A DNA stretch of 63,536 bases, filler included, from Olpidium bornovanus S191 (taxonomy: Eukaryota; Fungi; Olpidiomycota), in the NCBI GenBank assembly GCA_017911155.1. It is 31 parts of 31 records of this genome, joined end to end, with 100 filler letters (N's around TTAATTAATTAA, not from the genome) between each part and the next. Parts side by side here need not be neighbours in the genome. Positions count along the whole stretch, not along the records: positions 1 to 3,338 come from JAEFCI010011951.1; positions 3,439 to 5,022 come from JAEFCI010011348.1; positions 5,123 to 7,097 come from JAEFCI010006472.1; positions 7,198 to 8,825 come from JAEFCI010005827.1; positions 8,926 to 11,249 come from JAEFCI010003048.1; positions 11,350 to 12,394 come from JAEFCI010001196.1; 25 more parts are not named here. One strand, given 5' to 3'. The notes under the pieces are model-generated. The model was given only the letters and a program-made list of their open reading frames with translations, was not told the origin of the DNA and did no database searches. The translations under genes were made by a program, and so were the position numbers. The first letter of the stretch is position 1. Every line of letters begins with the position of its first letter. This document shows, one piece after another, positions 1 to 11,474 of this stretch.

Positions 1-1657
1 ACAAATCGGGTACCCGAGCCACTGCAAGCGCATCAGGTAGGGAGTCGCGCGGCTCCGGCGAGTCACGTTGAGTTTGCCGCTCTTGTTGTCGTACAGCTGC
101 TTGTACCAGGCTGGGACATGTCTCTCGGCGCGGGAGAGGCGGACGGGCGTCCAGTCCATGTTTCGGAGCCACGGGTCTTTACTCCACGTTTCTTTCGGCA
201 GGAGAGCAGTTTTCTCCCCGAGTTCCTGAAGCAGGACGGCCTCCTTGCTCAGCTTCTCTTGGCACGCTTCGTCGCTCCGGCGGAGATACTCTTGCCAGCT
301 TTCATCGACAGTGATAATGCTTTGGCCCATGTGGATGACGCCCGCGAAGCTAGCTGGGTGCGGGCACTTTTCCAGAAATTTGTTAAGGACAGGACGAAGA
401 ACGCCGTGGGCGTACTTCGTGTCACGCGCACAGTACTTCATCAAATTTTGGATGTCATCTTTCACGTCGCGCATGGTCCCCTCCACGAATATATTCCGGA
501 TAGTCTTGTCGACCGCCTCGTTGAGATAAAACCACACGAGGTGAACAAGACTGTTCATCGCGCCTTCTTTGCAAAACAGCTTGTCCACTTCGTCAATGCT
601 GTTCTCATCCTTGATGTACTTCATCCAGACGTTCCTCTGCCGGGCCGCCAATCCGGCACCGGCCACGTGTAGCGAGAGCGTGTCCAAATAGCCTCGCCGC
701 GGCGCGCGCACAGCATACTCCTCCTTTACTCGAGCACGGTCGTAGGCGACATGGTGGCCAACCACGAGGCGGGCACCTCCGGCAACTCCCTCGGTCGCGT
801 TCACCGGACCGAGCGGGATGAGGCTCTTGGAGAAGAACGATTCGTCCATCCGGGTAAGGTCGGGCGAAATCCAGCTGTACCACGCTTCCGACGACACCGC
901 TGTGGCAATGACGGGGTACTCGGAGCACCGTTGGAGCACTTCGGTGTCAAATGCGATGGCTTCCTCCAGCGGGTATTCGACAGCCTTCTCCTCGCCCGTG
1001 AATTTGTCGTACCTTGTCCATCCCTCTCGGGTCGACCAGACCTGTGGAAGTGGTGGAAGATCAGATTCGGCAAATTTTCTTGCAAGCTTGATGAACGGGT
1101 CGGCCTGGCGATGTCCCATGTTCCAAAAATGCTCTTGAATATTAGAGCCCAGCAGCGGCGGCAATTGAAAGGAGACTGGTTTTAGCGGTTCTGCACGTTT
1201 CCCGTAGAGCTCGTGGTGCTTGAGGTGATTTTTTGCTATGTTTAGCCGGTCTTCGGTGGATGCTGTTACCGCCGCCGCTGGTTCCTGAGACTGAACCGCC
1301 CGGGGGAAAAGCTGGTTCTTTAAGCTAAAGTCGAGCAGTTGGACGCCAAACTCGTTCGTGTTTTCCGCAGCGTTGAGACCAACAACATTTTCTGGTGATA
1401 ACAAACAAGGCCGTCGGACATATTATGCGCACAACGAAAGCCTAAAGAGAATGCGATCTTTTACCAGGAGGGCCCGCGCAGTTCGGGCACTTTGCCTTAC
1501 CGACTGGTTCTGACACAGTCGTGCCAGACGTAGAGAAACGGGCAACGCCCGTCCCGTGCACTTGCCCTGAGAACGATGAATGCCCACCAAGCCCACTTGC
1601 AGGAGAATAAAGCGAGGTCGAGTTTCGTGCTGCCAGAAGCCGGAGTATGCGGCCCAT
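1..1657 (-). CDS. MIP1: Mitochondrial DNA polymerase gamma, N-terminal/exonuclease part (3' truncated at window edge). Exons ~1657-1501 and 1391-<1
   Basis: Manual minus-strand translation (not in ORF track) gives NEFGVQLLDFSLKNQLF, KNHLKHHELYGK..LPPLLGSNIQEHF, ExoI IAFDTEV, AVSSEAWYSW, ExoII VVGHHVAYDRARVKEEY..YLDTLSLHVA, ExoIII NLMKYCARD and PAWYKQLY..PYLMRLQWLGYP. GTAAGG..CAG intron at 1500-1392. Start could alternatively be the ATG at 1729. Confidence 0.96.
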
Positions 1658-2249
1658 AGCGGTGGTGCGCCCGACGGCAGTCGGTTGGGCAAGGGCGGCC
1701 AGAACGAGCATTGCGCTCGCCCCTGTCATAAAGTTGTCGGGACGCGGGCCAGGGCGAAGCAAAGCTCAAACAACGTGAGCTGTGCGGCGCGGATGCCCCT
1801 CTTATGGAAAGGAAAGGTGCAAACGATTTAACTGGAACGAAGAACGCGAGACAATCGGGAACGGCGTGCGTGTGTTCGATCGCAGTAGGAACGGCAGCAA
1901 CGCGAGCAAAATCAAGGCCCTCCTCCACTCGTGGCGAAACAGTCGAGCGCTCGGCGGCAGTCCCAAGCAGCTCCCCTTTCTCTACGAACGCGTCCAGACC
2001 AGCAAAACTCGCGCTCCGGGGAGAACGGCCAAGCTTGGCGTGGGAAGAGGGAGGTGCGTTGCGCCGCGCGGAGCTGGGAGAAATGCCACGCGCGGTAACG
2101 CCAAGCTGACTAAGCTTCGTTGCGGAAACTCGTCGCACGTGACCGGTGCGGGTTGGCGCGCCGAAAAATCCCCGAATTGCTTTGTTTTTTTTCCGATGCG
2201 GCATGGGAACGACTGGGTTTCAAAATGCCCCGTCGAATGCGGGCGGCAA

Positions 2250-2725
2250 AGCTGGGGTCAAATCCAGCATCAAATCTCATGTCAAACTTATCTGGTGGCA
2301 AAACCGGCATCAAATCATCAATAGAATTCTGCATTTAATCCTGCACTGAACTAAAAGTTGGTGTTTATAAAATCAGTCAAATCCTGCGTGTAGAAGTACA
2401 AGTCTGTATATTGCTACTTACCAAAGTGGATGTAATTATATTTATGATATCATCAAAGCCACCCTCGGCATCCAGCTTGCATTCTGGTATGGAATTCGGC
2501 ACGAATATCTCTCATCGAATCATGCGTCAAATGCCGTGAGAAATTCGGCTCCCGCCAAATTCAGCATGGTGTTTGTTTCTACTCCTGCCTCATATTCTTC
2601 TTGGAAGTTGGTATGGAATCTGGGGTAGAATCTACCGGCGGATCCGACTTGGAACAAGGCTCGGGGATTCACTGTAAAATACGGCAAAAAATCCGGCATA
2701 AAATCTGGCGTGGAATCCGGTACGG
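2250..2725. repeat. Degenerate ~11-12 bp minisatellite-like tract (RAATCCGGCAT-like units)
   Basis: Recurrent caaatccagcat, aaaaccggcat, ggaattcggca, aaaaatccggcat, aaaatctggcgt and ggaatccggta in an AT-richer patch. Confidence 0.45.
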
Positions 2726-2877
2726 AATATAAGAATAAAAATATTATATAATATATGTGATGCGCGTCGCACGTCTTTGCTGTGTTCAGGTGATGCGCGT
2801 CGCACGCCTCCACCGCAGATCCCCCACTGCCGTTACCCCTTTTTACCATTGGGTTTTCCAGAGTAAAACGATCAGAG

Positions 2878-2950
2878 TTGACGATCGACAGTTCCGCCTC
2901 TCACCACATGTTCGCCGATGTCTCGCGGTTCACCTTCATCGACCATTCCA
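2878..2950 (+). mobile_element. Ty1/copia protease-like remnant
   Basis: LTIDSSASHHMFADVSRF resembles the copia aspartic protease motif (W.IDSGAS.HM....F). No flanking pol ORF. Confidence 0.5.
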
Positions 2951-3338
2951 ACACACGCAATCTCTGGTCCTCCACCGTATTTACCCCTTGTGATCACACC
3001 GAGAACGAGGCCCATATAATAAATTTTCTCTTTTTTCTTCCTTACTCTCCCATTTTCACGTTTTTTCCTTTTTTTCCCTTTGTTTTGTCTTCCTTTCACC
3101 TTTCGTTCATTGTACCTTACCGGCCTTCCTATCGTCGCCGTCGCGTCATCACGTTCTTTTCCTGTGCGAGCTCCGGCAATCTTCCATTATTTCTCCACTC
3201 TCCCCTTCAGCGACTGTCGCTCGAGGGGGGGTGTTGCGCCATAAAGTCCCGTAATCTCCCCGCTCCGTTTCTGCCCGCGCCGGCGCCAAACAACGAACAG
3301 TAAATCCAACTCCGAAACCCGTCAAAACCTTTGACATG

Positions 3339-3438
3339 NNNNNNNNNNNNNNNNNNNNNNNNNNNNNNNNNNNNNNNNNNNNTTAATTAATTAANNNNNN
3401 NNNNNNNNNNNNNNNNNNNNNNNNNNNNNNNNNNNNNN
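3339..3438. other. Artificial 100-nt contig spacer (first of 30 identical copies)
   Basis: 44 N + TTAATTAATTAA (stops in all six frames) + 44 N. Further copies start at 5023, 7098, 8826, 11250, 12395, 13667, 15040, 16608, 18697, 20418, 23321, 25003, 26578, 27695, 31892, 33826, 36487, 38180, 42407, 44168, 45704, 49780, 50989, 52815, 54533, 56046, 57443, 59780 and 61485. Confidence 0.99.
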
Positions 3439-3702
3439 CGGTGTACCGCCAGTGAATTGAGTTTTATGACGGAGGAGGGACGGATGTTCTGGAAAGCGCG
3501 CAGGAGCCGGAATGTTGCTCGGCTTCACCAAGTGAACCGCTAGATAGCAAAGCCATGGTCGGCTTGCAGTCCCCGAACAGATAGATCGCAAAGCGCAATG
3601 CAGACGGTCTCGACGACCGTTTGTCCGACCCCATTCTCCACAGTAATCCGTGGGAAAACGGGCAGGTTTACCGGAATCACTCCCAGGACCAGCCACCCTA
3701 AA

Positions 3703-4498
3703 TCACCCCCAGTTTTCCGCCTTGCTCCAGTCGTACCCGCGGCCGGGCGGCGGTCTGAGGGAGGGCGGTAGCTGTTTTTTCGTGGTTCCCTTCGGAAAAA
3801 CATTGAGTAGGTACCAAGCGGTCGTGCGCGGCGCGACGTAGGGTAGCGCAGCACTGTCGTCCGCGCGCTTGCTGTCCCGGGAAGCTGTGCCCGTCGCGTT
3901 CGGCTTCCGCTTCCCCAAAAGCGGGATGTTGAAACGCCCCTCCGACGCGGGGATCAAGGTGGGTTTGAGGTCCGGCAGCGCGGTCGCTCGCGGCAGAGCT
4001 GGACAGAAAACGTTCGACAAAAGTGTTAAACAAAACGGGCCTCGACAATAAAGCGTCGGGAGCGTTCGCGGCTATAAACCAGGCAATGCTGAAATCCGAC
4101 GGAACGTTAATTCTCTCTCCCGGTCAACGACGGCACGTGTTTTTTATTTATCCCCCACTAACCTTTGAATTGATCATAGTGCAGCCTCACCTTCTGCTGG
4201 TGGGTCTGGCCGGCGAGGTGCTTCTTCCTCTGGTTGTCCGGGAAAGTTTTCTCGCAGTACTCGCAATAGTCTGCAACCCGAGGCGGGGACGGAGGGCGGG
4301 CCGACGCTCAGCCGCCTGGACAGGGTTTGCCCACAAAGAAACCAATCTTACGAAGCGTTTCCGATGCCGGTTGGAGACACCCGCCAAATGCAGCTCTGCC
4401 GTCGACCGCCGGGGCGGAAAGGCGGGGGTGAAGGGGGGGGGGGGGGGGCCAAGGCCGTGCGCGGAGGGCGGAAGGAAATGCTCACATTTCTTGACCAT
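3703..4498 (-). CDS. ZMAT5: ZMAT5 / U11/U12 snRNP 20-kDa protein homologue, complete. Exons 4498-4486, 4270-4163, 3998-3703
   Basis: The spliced product begins MVKKYYCEYCEKTFPDNQRKKHLAGQTHQQKVRLHYDQFK (matrin/U1-type zinc finger; human [27 protein letters not shown]) and ends QLPPSLRPPPGRGYDWSKAENWG* (family C-terminal LPPSL.PP..G......WG* signature). Both introns are GT-AG with matching phases. Confidence 0.88.
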
Positions 4499-4749
4499 CT
4501 CTGCGGGGAGAATGGGAGGGGTGGGGTGAGATCTGGGGGCGGAAGTACGCACTGGAATTTTCGTGTATCACCGCGGCGTCCGTTCATCACGGTCGGTCCC
4601 GCGGAGCTCCAGGCTGTCGCAAAACCAACAAGCCGCGAAGAAACCTTCCAGCGCACCTCGCGTGAGTTTTGCCCTCAGAGATGAAATATATAGCGCTGAC
4701 GTGTTGACCTTGATAATTATTTTTTTTTTTTTTTTTTTTTTTTTGCGCG

Positions 4750-4907
4750 CCCTTCCCCCCCACTGTCCCAGCGTACATATATTTTGCCGCCGCCAACAAA
4801 GTGTTTATTTGTTGTTGTGGTGGTGGTTGTGAGGAGTAAGGGGGGCGATGGAGGTTTGTCCGTATAGTGCACCGCGCGCACAACATCATAGTGCAGACTA
4901 GCAAACG

Positions 4908-4942
<35 letters not shown>

Positions 4943-5022
4943 AAAAACCCGCCGCAGGAAAAACCGCCCCCCCCTTCCCCCCCACTGTCCCAGCGTACAT
5001 ATATTTTGCCGCCGCCAACAAA
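4750..5022. repeat. ~50 bp direct duplication at the contig end, next to poly-T/poly-A tracts
   Basis: ccttcccccccactgtcccagcgtacatatattttgccgccgccaacaaa occurs at ~4751-4800 and ~4973-5022. May be an assembly artefact. Confidence 0.8.
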
Positions 5023-5534
5023 NNNNNNNNNNNNNNNNNNNNNNNNNNNNNNNNNNNNNNNNNNNNTTAATTAATTAANNNNNNNNNNNNNNNNNNNNNN
5101 NNNNNNNNNNNNNNNNNNNNNNGCTACATTTTTTTTTTTTTTTTTTTTTTCTCCTAACCGCGGTTGGTCCCCAACCCAAGTTCCAAGGACCTACTCTCTC
5201 CCCAGCCATGTAAGGACCGCGGAGAGCCTATCCCCAGCACAAAACAGGTGTACAGGCAAAAGAGCATGGCAGCAGGGAGGCCAGAAACCATCTCAAGTCC
5301 TTGACTGGGAAAGAGCTATTTGGTTTTCTCTCTGTACAAGGATAAGCTCAATTCCTTTGCAGATTTGAGCTGCCCAACCAAGTGGACCAGGACTACAGGC
5401 AAAAGAATAGGTCTCACAGGTGAGCAACGAGCTTTGGGACCCACTGCAAAAAAAAAACAGAACAAGGATTGCTTGCATGGTTGCCGAGCTAGGCCGATTT
5501 TTGATTATGGCCGGCGGCGACCATGGCCAGCGGC

Positions 5535-5735
5535 GATGGGCGCATCTTTTTTCTTGCGATGGGCGCATCTTCATTTTTGCCATGCGCGCATTTTTTTTTT
5601 TCCATGGGCGCATCTTCTTTTTTTGCCATGGGCGCATTTTCTTTCTTTGCGGTGCGCACATCGTTTGTTGCAATGGGCGCATCTTTTTTTTTTGCGATGG
5701 GCGCATCTTCTTTTTTAGGCGACGCATACCTTTAT
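5535..5735. repeat. ~24 bp minisatellite, ~9 units (ATGGGCGCATC + T-run)
   Basis: Repeated (g/c)atgggcgcatctttttt..gc units are directly visible. Confidence 0.85.
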
Positions 5736-7019
5736 TCTTTCTCTCTCTCTCTCTCTCTTTTTCTCTTCTCTTTCTGGCACGCGAGCGTCAGATTCTCCTT
5801 TTTTTTACCCACGAAAAGTTTTTCACCCGAAAAAAGGCTCCCACGAGCCACCCTTGCCTGTGGCCTCCAGAGGGGTACTCCTGGTGCCCAAATCCAAAGT
5901 CTCGCGCACCTAGCAGGTTACACAAAACGAGAGTCAAACCCTCGACAGGAGGCATTTTTGGTTCTGTCCAGAGAGATTCTCACTAAATGTTTTGCCGGAC
6001 CAAAAACAGCCCGTTTTCGACTAGCCTGAACAATCGATGAGAATCTGGATACCCAGTTGAACCAGAATCTCCAAATTCCCCCCAAAAAAGCTAGCGGTCA
6101 CGTGTATGAAACACAGCCTGAAATGTGTAAAAACCAGGGAAAAGACGAGAAGACTGGACGATGAAAATTTGAAAGTTTTGCTGATCCAAGCCGTCTTGGC
6201 CGGTGGGAGGTACCTTTCTCGAGAAAAATTCCCGAAACGGGCAAAAAACGCCGGGATCACACGTAACCGCTAGCAGGATGTGTCGGGATGCGCGGGGTGT
6301 GTCGAGGTGCGCGAGGTGCGCGGGTTGGAAGGTGGGACAGTCACACTGTAAAACTTACGACCCGCCTCAGACGGTGGGACAGTCGCTTTGTGAAACTCAG
6401 ATGGTTGAACTCATCTCATAGGAGACACATTGAACTCCAAGATGCTTGTATTGAGTGCGGTACACAAAATTGTACCGCAGGCACGCGCAGTACAACATCG
6501 CGTGTTAGATTTGCCGACTACGGTCTCCATAGCAGCTACAAATTTTACCGTACCGACTGCGGTACACAAAACTATACCGGCGGCCCCGCACGCACACGGT
6601 GAAACCTGCCCGCCCGAGGTCAGGTTTTGGAACAAAAAGTGAGGTCCTGGGAAGTGCCCAATTGTGGGAACCATTTCGTATTGTGATGGTTTTCCCTTGC
6701 CCACGAAAGTGTTTTCAAAAGTGCTTAGTGCGAATAGCTGTACAATCACTCGATATAAACGCTGCTATTCTAGCGGTTTAGAGGTGTGCGGCCTGCGCAT
6801 CTAGTTATCCAGACAGACAACTTGACGGAAATACTAGGCGGAATGAGGATCTGTTCGAAATGCGGTTTGGAAAAACCGGATGGTGATTTTTATCATCACC
6901 GAGCGACGGGGAAGAAATGCAGAACACATTATGAATATGAACGCATCTCACAACTAGACACGTGAACACTTTCGGTGCCGCCCCGTGTCCACCGCGCGGC
7001 AGGATCCAGGAGTTTTTTG

Positions 7020-7062
<43 letters not shown>

Positions 7063-7197
7063 GGGGGGGGGGGGGGAAAAAAGGGGGTGGGGGGGCCNNN
7101 NNNNNNNNNNNNNNNNNNNNNNNNNNNNNNNNNNNNNNNNNTTAATTAATTAANNNNNNNNNNNNNNNNNNNNNNNNNNNNNNNNNNNNNNNNNNNN

Positions 7198-8200
7198 CAT
7201 GAACGGCTTGGTGAAGGCTGCGCCGTCGTTTTCGCCCGGCTGCGCCCGCGACGACGGCGGCGGCGGCAGGACCGGGTCCTGCCCGGCGTCGGCCAGCCCG
7301 GCCACCTGCTCCTGTTGTCTGAAAGTGAAGGCGCGCAGCCACTGCATCTCCTCCGGCCTGATCGCGCTGTCCTCACGCACCTTTTCGACGGGAATGAAGG
7401 TGTTCCTCTTGCTCGGGACAAGGATGTTCATCCTCTCCATCGTCGACTGCAAGTGGAACACGCCGATGTACAGTCCCGGCGAAAGGAGCATCCGCCGCGC
7501 CTCAAGCGCCCGGACCGGGTTGCTCCAGAGTATGTTGGATCGGTCGTACACCGTCGGGTCCAGGGTCTCCGGCGGCCGCCACTTCAGAGCGCCGTTCTTG
7601 ACCAGATTCTGGCTGATCTCCGGCATGACGTCGTCGGAGACATATTGTACCGCCGTGACCAACTTGGAATTGCTGGACGCGCACTGGACCGGCGAGTCGT
7701 ACACGACGCCTAGCGCCCGGAGGTCTAGCGTTTCGCGGAGGCGGTTCGCCGCCTTGTAGAAGAGGAACCGGAAGGATTTCTTGCTGTCCGTTCGCACGGC
7801 CTCGCCCCTGGTGGCGACGCCCGCAAAGCCGTAAGGCTCGCTGTCGGCGGCGTTCGCAGCGTCGTCATCGGGGTTCGCCGCGTTGACGCTGGCGCGGCTT
7901 CCCGCGGCGCCCTTCGTCGCGGTGGGGTCAGCGACGCCGTCTGGCTTCTCCCAATCCATCGCCACCTTGAGCAGCCACCCAAACTCCTCGCAGCCGGCGT
8001 CGAAGGAGTCAGAGGATCCCTTCTGTATCGTGACCGTTGGCAGCAGGCCGTTGGCCGTCATCAATATCCGCTTGTCTCTGCCGAACAACAAGACCGACAG
8101 GTACACGTTGTCGGGCTTCAGCTTCGTCTTCAGCACAGCGTCGGCGCGGGAGAACATGCCCGTGAAGGAGGCGATTGAGACGACTTTGGGCGGCGGATGC
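7198..8200 (-). CDS. ANKFN1: ANKFN1 / wide-awake-like protein, conserved C-terminal region (partial)
   Basis: VYLSVLLFGRDKRILMTANGLLPTVTI..EEFGWLLKVAMDW, AANRLRETLDLRALGVVYDSPV and LSPGLYIGVFHLQSTMERMNILV..PVEKVREDSAIRPEEMQWL are collinear with recalled ANKFN1 blocks (LYIAVIFYYKDNILVTNEDQVPIVEI, LGRVYYEPI, LFPGLYLGYLKLCSSVDQIKVLV..EEWEWI). Upstream exons are not resolved. Confidence 0.75.
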
Positions 8201-8925
8201 GCCTGATCGGCAATTGCAAGCCGAGCTGGCTGATTAGGAAGGGCGAGTAGCGGAGGTGTTTGTTGATGGCTGGTGAGACGTATGCCGACGGTGGCAAACC
8301 GCAGAAAATGAACAGCGGTTTGCACGCAGGATCACCCGCCAGCGGCGTACCTGGTTGGTGCGGCTGGGCATCGCCGCTTCCAGAAAGTCGGGTGTTTTCT
8401 GTCTCATTTGGAGGACGATCTTTGATATCCACGAATGCGTAAATGGTTGGGGGAGTCGCTTAGCCCGCAGGACTTCGGGCCGGTGCACGTACGCATCCGC
8501 TCGCTGGGAGGCTGTTGACACTGGCGTATTCCGGTATCCACGAGTTCGTTTTCGCATTGTAGCTGGCAGCAGATTATAATTTTCGATAAACCCTTCGGCC
8601 CCAAACAATGCGCAATCAGCGGTTTCCTTTCGATAATTACAAGTTCCACGTACAGAGCATACATCCAGTCGTCGGCGTGATCAAAGTATCGGCACATCTA
8701 AACAGCACTATCAGTAATTCGGAACAAAGAGCGAAAGGCGAAGTTTAGGACCTCGCGGGGACCAAAAGACTCTACTCGCCCTCTCAACAATCTGCCGGGC
8801 CGTGGTGCCCGGCTCGACCTGCATGNNNNNNNNNNNNNNNNNNNNNNNNNNNNNNNNNNNNNNNNNNNNTTAATTAATTAANNNNNNNNNNNNNNNNNNN
8901 NNNNNNNNNNNNNNNNNNNNNNNNN

Positions 8926-10597
8926 CATGATCGCAAATCCATTTGTGTGTACCGTAGCATATCCAGTCTGATTGAAACCATTCGTATTCGTAAAACAATG
9001 CGGATCACATCAGTGTCAGCGAAGGTCAAGGAAGCAGTCCAGGGGGGGGGAAGCTTACCAGGAGTAACCGGCATATGATGTTTCAGTTGGTCAATTCGAA
9101 CACATACGTTATGAGCGTGTGGCATCCGTGCAAAATGAAACTATGTACCAGGTGCAAACCCCAGCGAACGGAGCAGGCGATTTGTGTCAGCAAGGTGCCG
9201 TAAATATGCACGGAGAACAGTTCGACGCTCGCGAGGCCGATACTTGCTGAAAGGACTCCTTCTTGCATGACAACAATATAATATACCAGCGGCCGCATAA
9301 ACGTCGGAGAGCATCGGTCTTGGTCAAAGGTGCGGCTGCGCGATGAATACAAAATATCGCATAAGGCCCAGTTCACCAACGGAACTCTGGCTTTCTTAGC
9401 CGCACCGGCGGTGCGTCGGACGTCCCCTTCACCCACAGGCAGACGAAATAGTAGTGCGGAAAGCTCTCGCACTTCTCTCGGTCTTCCTCCATTTGAATGT
9501 CTTCGACGGTCAAAGGGTGAATACCAAAAATCTAAAGTTGTCGATTTTGTACTGAGACCGTGTGGGTCGTCCAACGGGAACACGTGGCACGAGAGGCACG
9601 CTGACCGAGAAACCAACAAAATTCCGATTCCTCCGCTCACTTTCGCGAACGCCTTCATCTCCGAGACAGTCGGTGAAGTGACATCGAGCCAAAAGTCCCC
9701 TGCCTTCATTATGTCGACGATGGATTGCTTGCCACTTTTCTGACTATTAGTTTCTGTCCCGTTCTCGGTAGGAGGCAATTCGTCGAACAGTTGGGCGAAT
9801 TTCTCGCTGTGGATGGCTCCGCAGGCTCTCGAGTAGAACGTGAACCTTCCCAACTCAGAAAACGACGGCTGAAACATCAGAGGACGACGAAATTTGTGGG
9901 AGGGAGCCACCCCGCGGTCGGAGAACGCCACCGGCAAAATCACAGGCGCAGGGCTGGCCGGCGTCGCGGATGGAATTATCTTGGCAACAACCCACTTTCC
10001 CGCCCGTAAAGCCCTTCGAATCACGCCTTTTCGAAAACCAGTGCGGCTGTCTGCTTGGAGCCGCTCGCCTGTGGTGAGGGTCAACCTCTCCAGTGGTTAC
10101 GTACTCCCCAAGTGCACCGTAATCTATCGCCTGACCGGAACCGTAGGGGCTGTAACAGACGTCGTCGTGCAGGAAGCTCCCGACGGTGTTGGCACTCCGC
10201 GACGAGTCTGCGTCACTGATATTGGAAAGGCGCGGCGGGCCGGCACGCCCAGCGGCCAACGCCGAACTTTGCGGGCCGTTCGCCGGTTGCTTCTGCGGAC
10301 GGCGGTGCAAAAGCGAGCTCGACTCCCAGCCGCGGTTGCTGTCGGCGCTGCCATTGTTCTCTGCGCCGCCGTCGTTGCCTGCGCTGCCGGTGGAACTGGG
10401 CACGCTTCCCTGATCCTGAGCCTCGCACAACGGCTCAGGAATCAGTAGTCGTACACGGCTGCTCACCGACGCCGGGCTCGCGTCCCTTTCGTCTGCGGCG
10501 TATCTTTGCGGAGACTCCATGGAGCTGGAAGCCACGGAAGACGCGCGCGCAACTTTCCTGGCTGGAGCGGCACTTGAGAGTTCCGTAGGGACACGGT
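8926..10597 (-). CDS. CorA-family Mg2+ transporter (fungal Alr1/Mnr2 type), multi-exon, partial
   Basis: Spliced motifs GRFTFYS..AIHS, FWLDVTSPTVSEMKAFAK|IFGIHPLTVEDIQMEEDREKCESFPHYYFVCL, RTFDQD..YYIVVMQEGVLS|FHFARMPHAHNVCVRIDQL..VTPDWICY. Confidence 0.92.
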
Positions 10598-10979
10598 CTA
10601 CCCGTCAGACCACTCCTCGCCCAGCCCAGGGAGTTTCGGCGACAGATAGTTTGCTTTCGAGGTCAACGCCTGGCGATCCAGTGAACTGGCCCCCGGTTGT
10701 CCAGGCAAGTGTGGGAGCTGGGAAGAAGAAGAAAAAGGGAGAGGGGAAGGGTCCGGCGGCTGAAAGTCGGCGGCGCCCGCAGCGGCGCAGCGCTCCGCGG
10801 GGAGCCGATTGGCGGCTCTCCGGCGTCTCTGACGGGCCTTTCGCCGTCGATGTGGCGGCGGGCGCCCGTGCACGCAGGGGGGCTGCCGCGAGGGTGGACG
10901 GGCGGGGGGGGAGGGGCGTGTTGGAGCCAAGCTGAAAACATGCGTTGACCCAGAGAACTCCGCGAGTCCGTAAAAACGG

Positions 10980-11105
10980 AAGGGAAAGGAGAACTGCATT
11001 TGGAGCGTTCGTTTACTGGTTTCCCCTGGCCCTATTTTATACGGCGGCGCCTAAGGAATCTACGCAGGGGTAACGCGGGCTGGTGTGCACAGTGCGTCTA
11101 CGGCT
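10980..11105 (+). repeat. Dispersed repeat family A (second copy at ~49321-49450)
   Basis: gtttactggtttcccctggccctattttatacggcggcgcctaaggaatctacg..ggggtaacgcgggctgg aligns by eye with the 49350-49430 copy. Confidence 0.85.
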
Positions 11106-11474
11106 CAGCTGAGCCCCCGTTTAATTGACACCCCGCCTCACTGGGCGCGCCATTGCCCACGTCAGCCTGAAAAACTATGAAATCTATGACTTTGTCCTTC
11201 TGCCCTGCTGCCCCTTGGCAGTTTTACGTTTGGCTCTGCTTGCCCATGGNNNNNNNNNNNNNNNNNNNNNNNNNNNNNNNNNNNNNNNNNNNNTTAATTA
11301 ATTAANNNNNNNNNNNNNNNNNNNNNNNNNNNNNNNNNNNNNNNNNNNNGTTCATCGAAAAAGCAATCGCGATCGGCCCACGAGTGGGATTAAAAACAAT
11401 CGGCTCGGTGCCAGCGGAGGAAAGAAGCGAATTAAGTTCCTCCAAAGGTGTTCAATTGTGAAAAGAAACGTGAT

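Noticed and set aside
118-1185. Plus-strand ORFs 118-672 and 751-1185
   Set aside because: Antisense shadows of the polymerase gamma reading frame. The same applies to many ORF-track entries opposite real genes (e.g. 23572-24456, 34513-35256, 56221-57498).
3383-3394. TTAATTAATTAA recurring 30 times as a possible biological repeat
   Set aside because: Always centred in exactly 88 N. It is a six-frame-stop concatenation linker.
5200-5430. Possible Ty3/gypsy RT N-terminal remnant
   Set aside because: Only a vague resemblance, an in-frame stop and no diagnostic motif.
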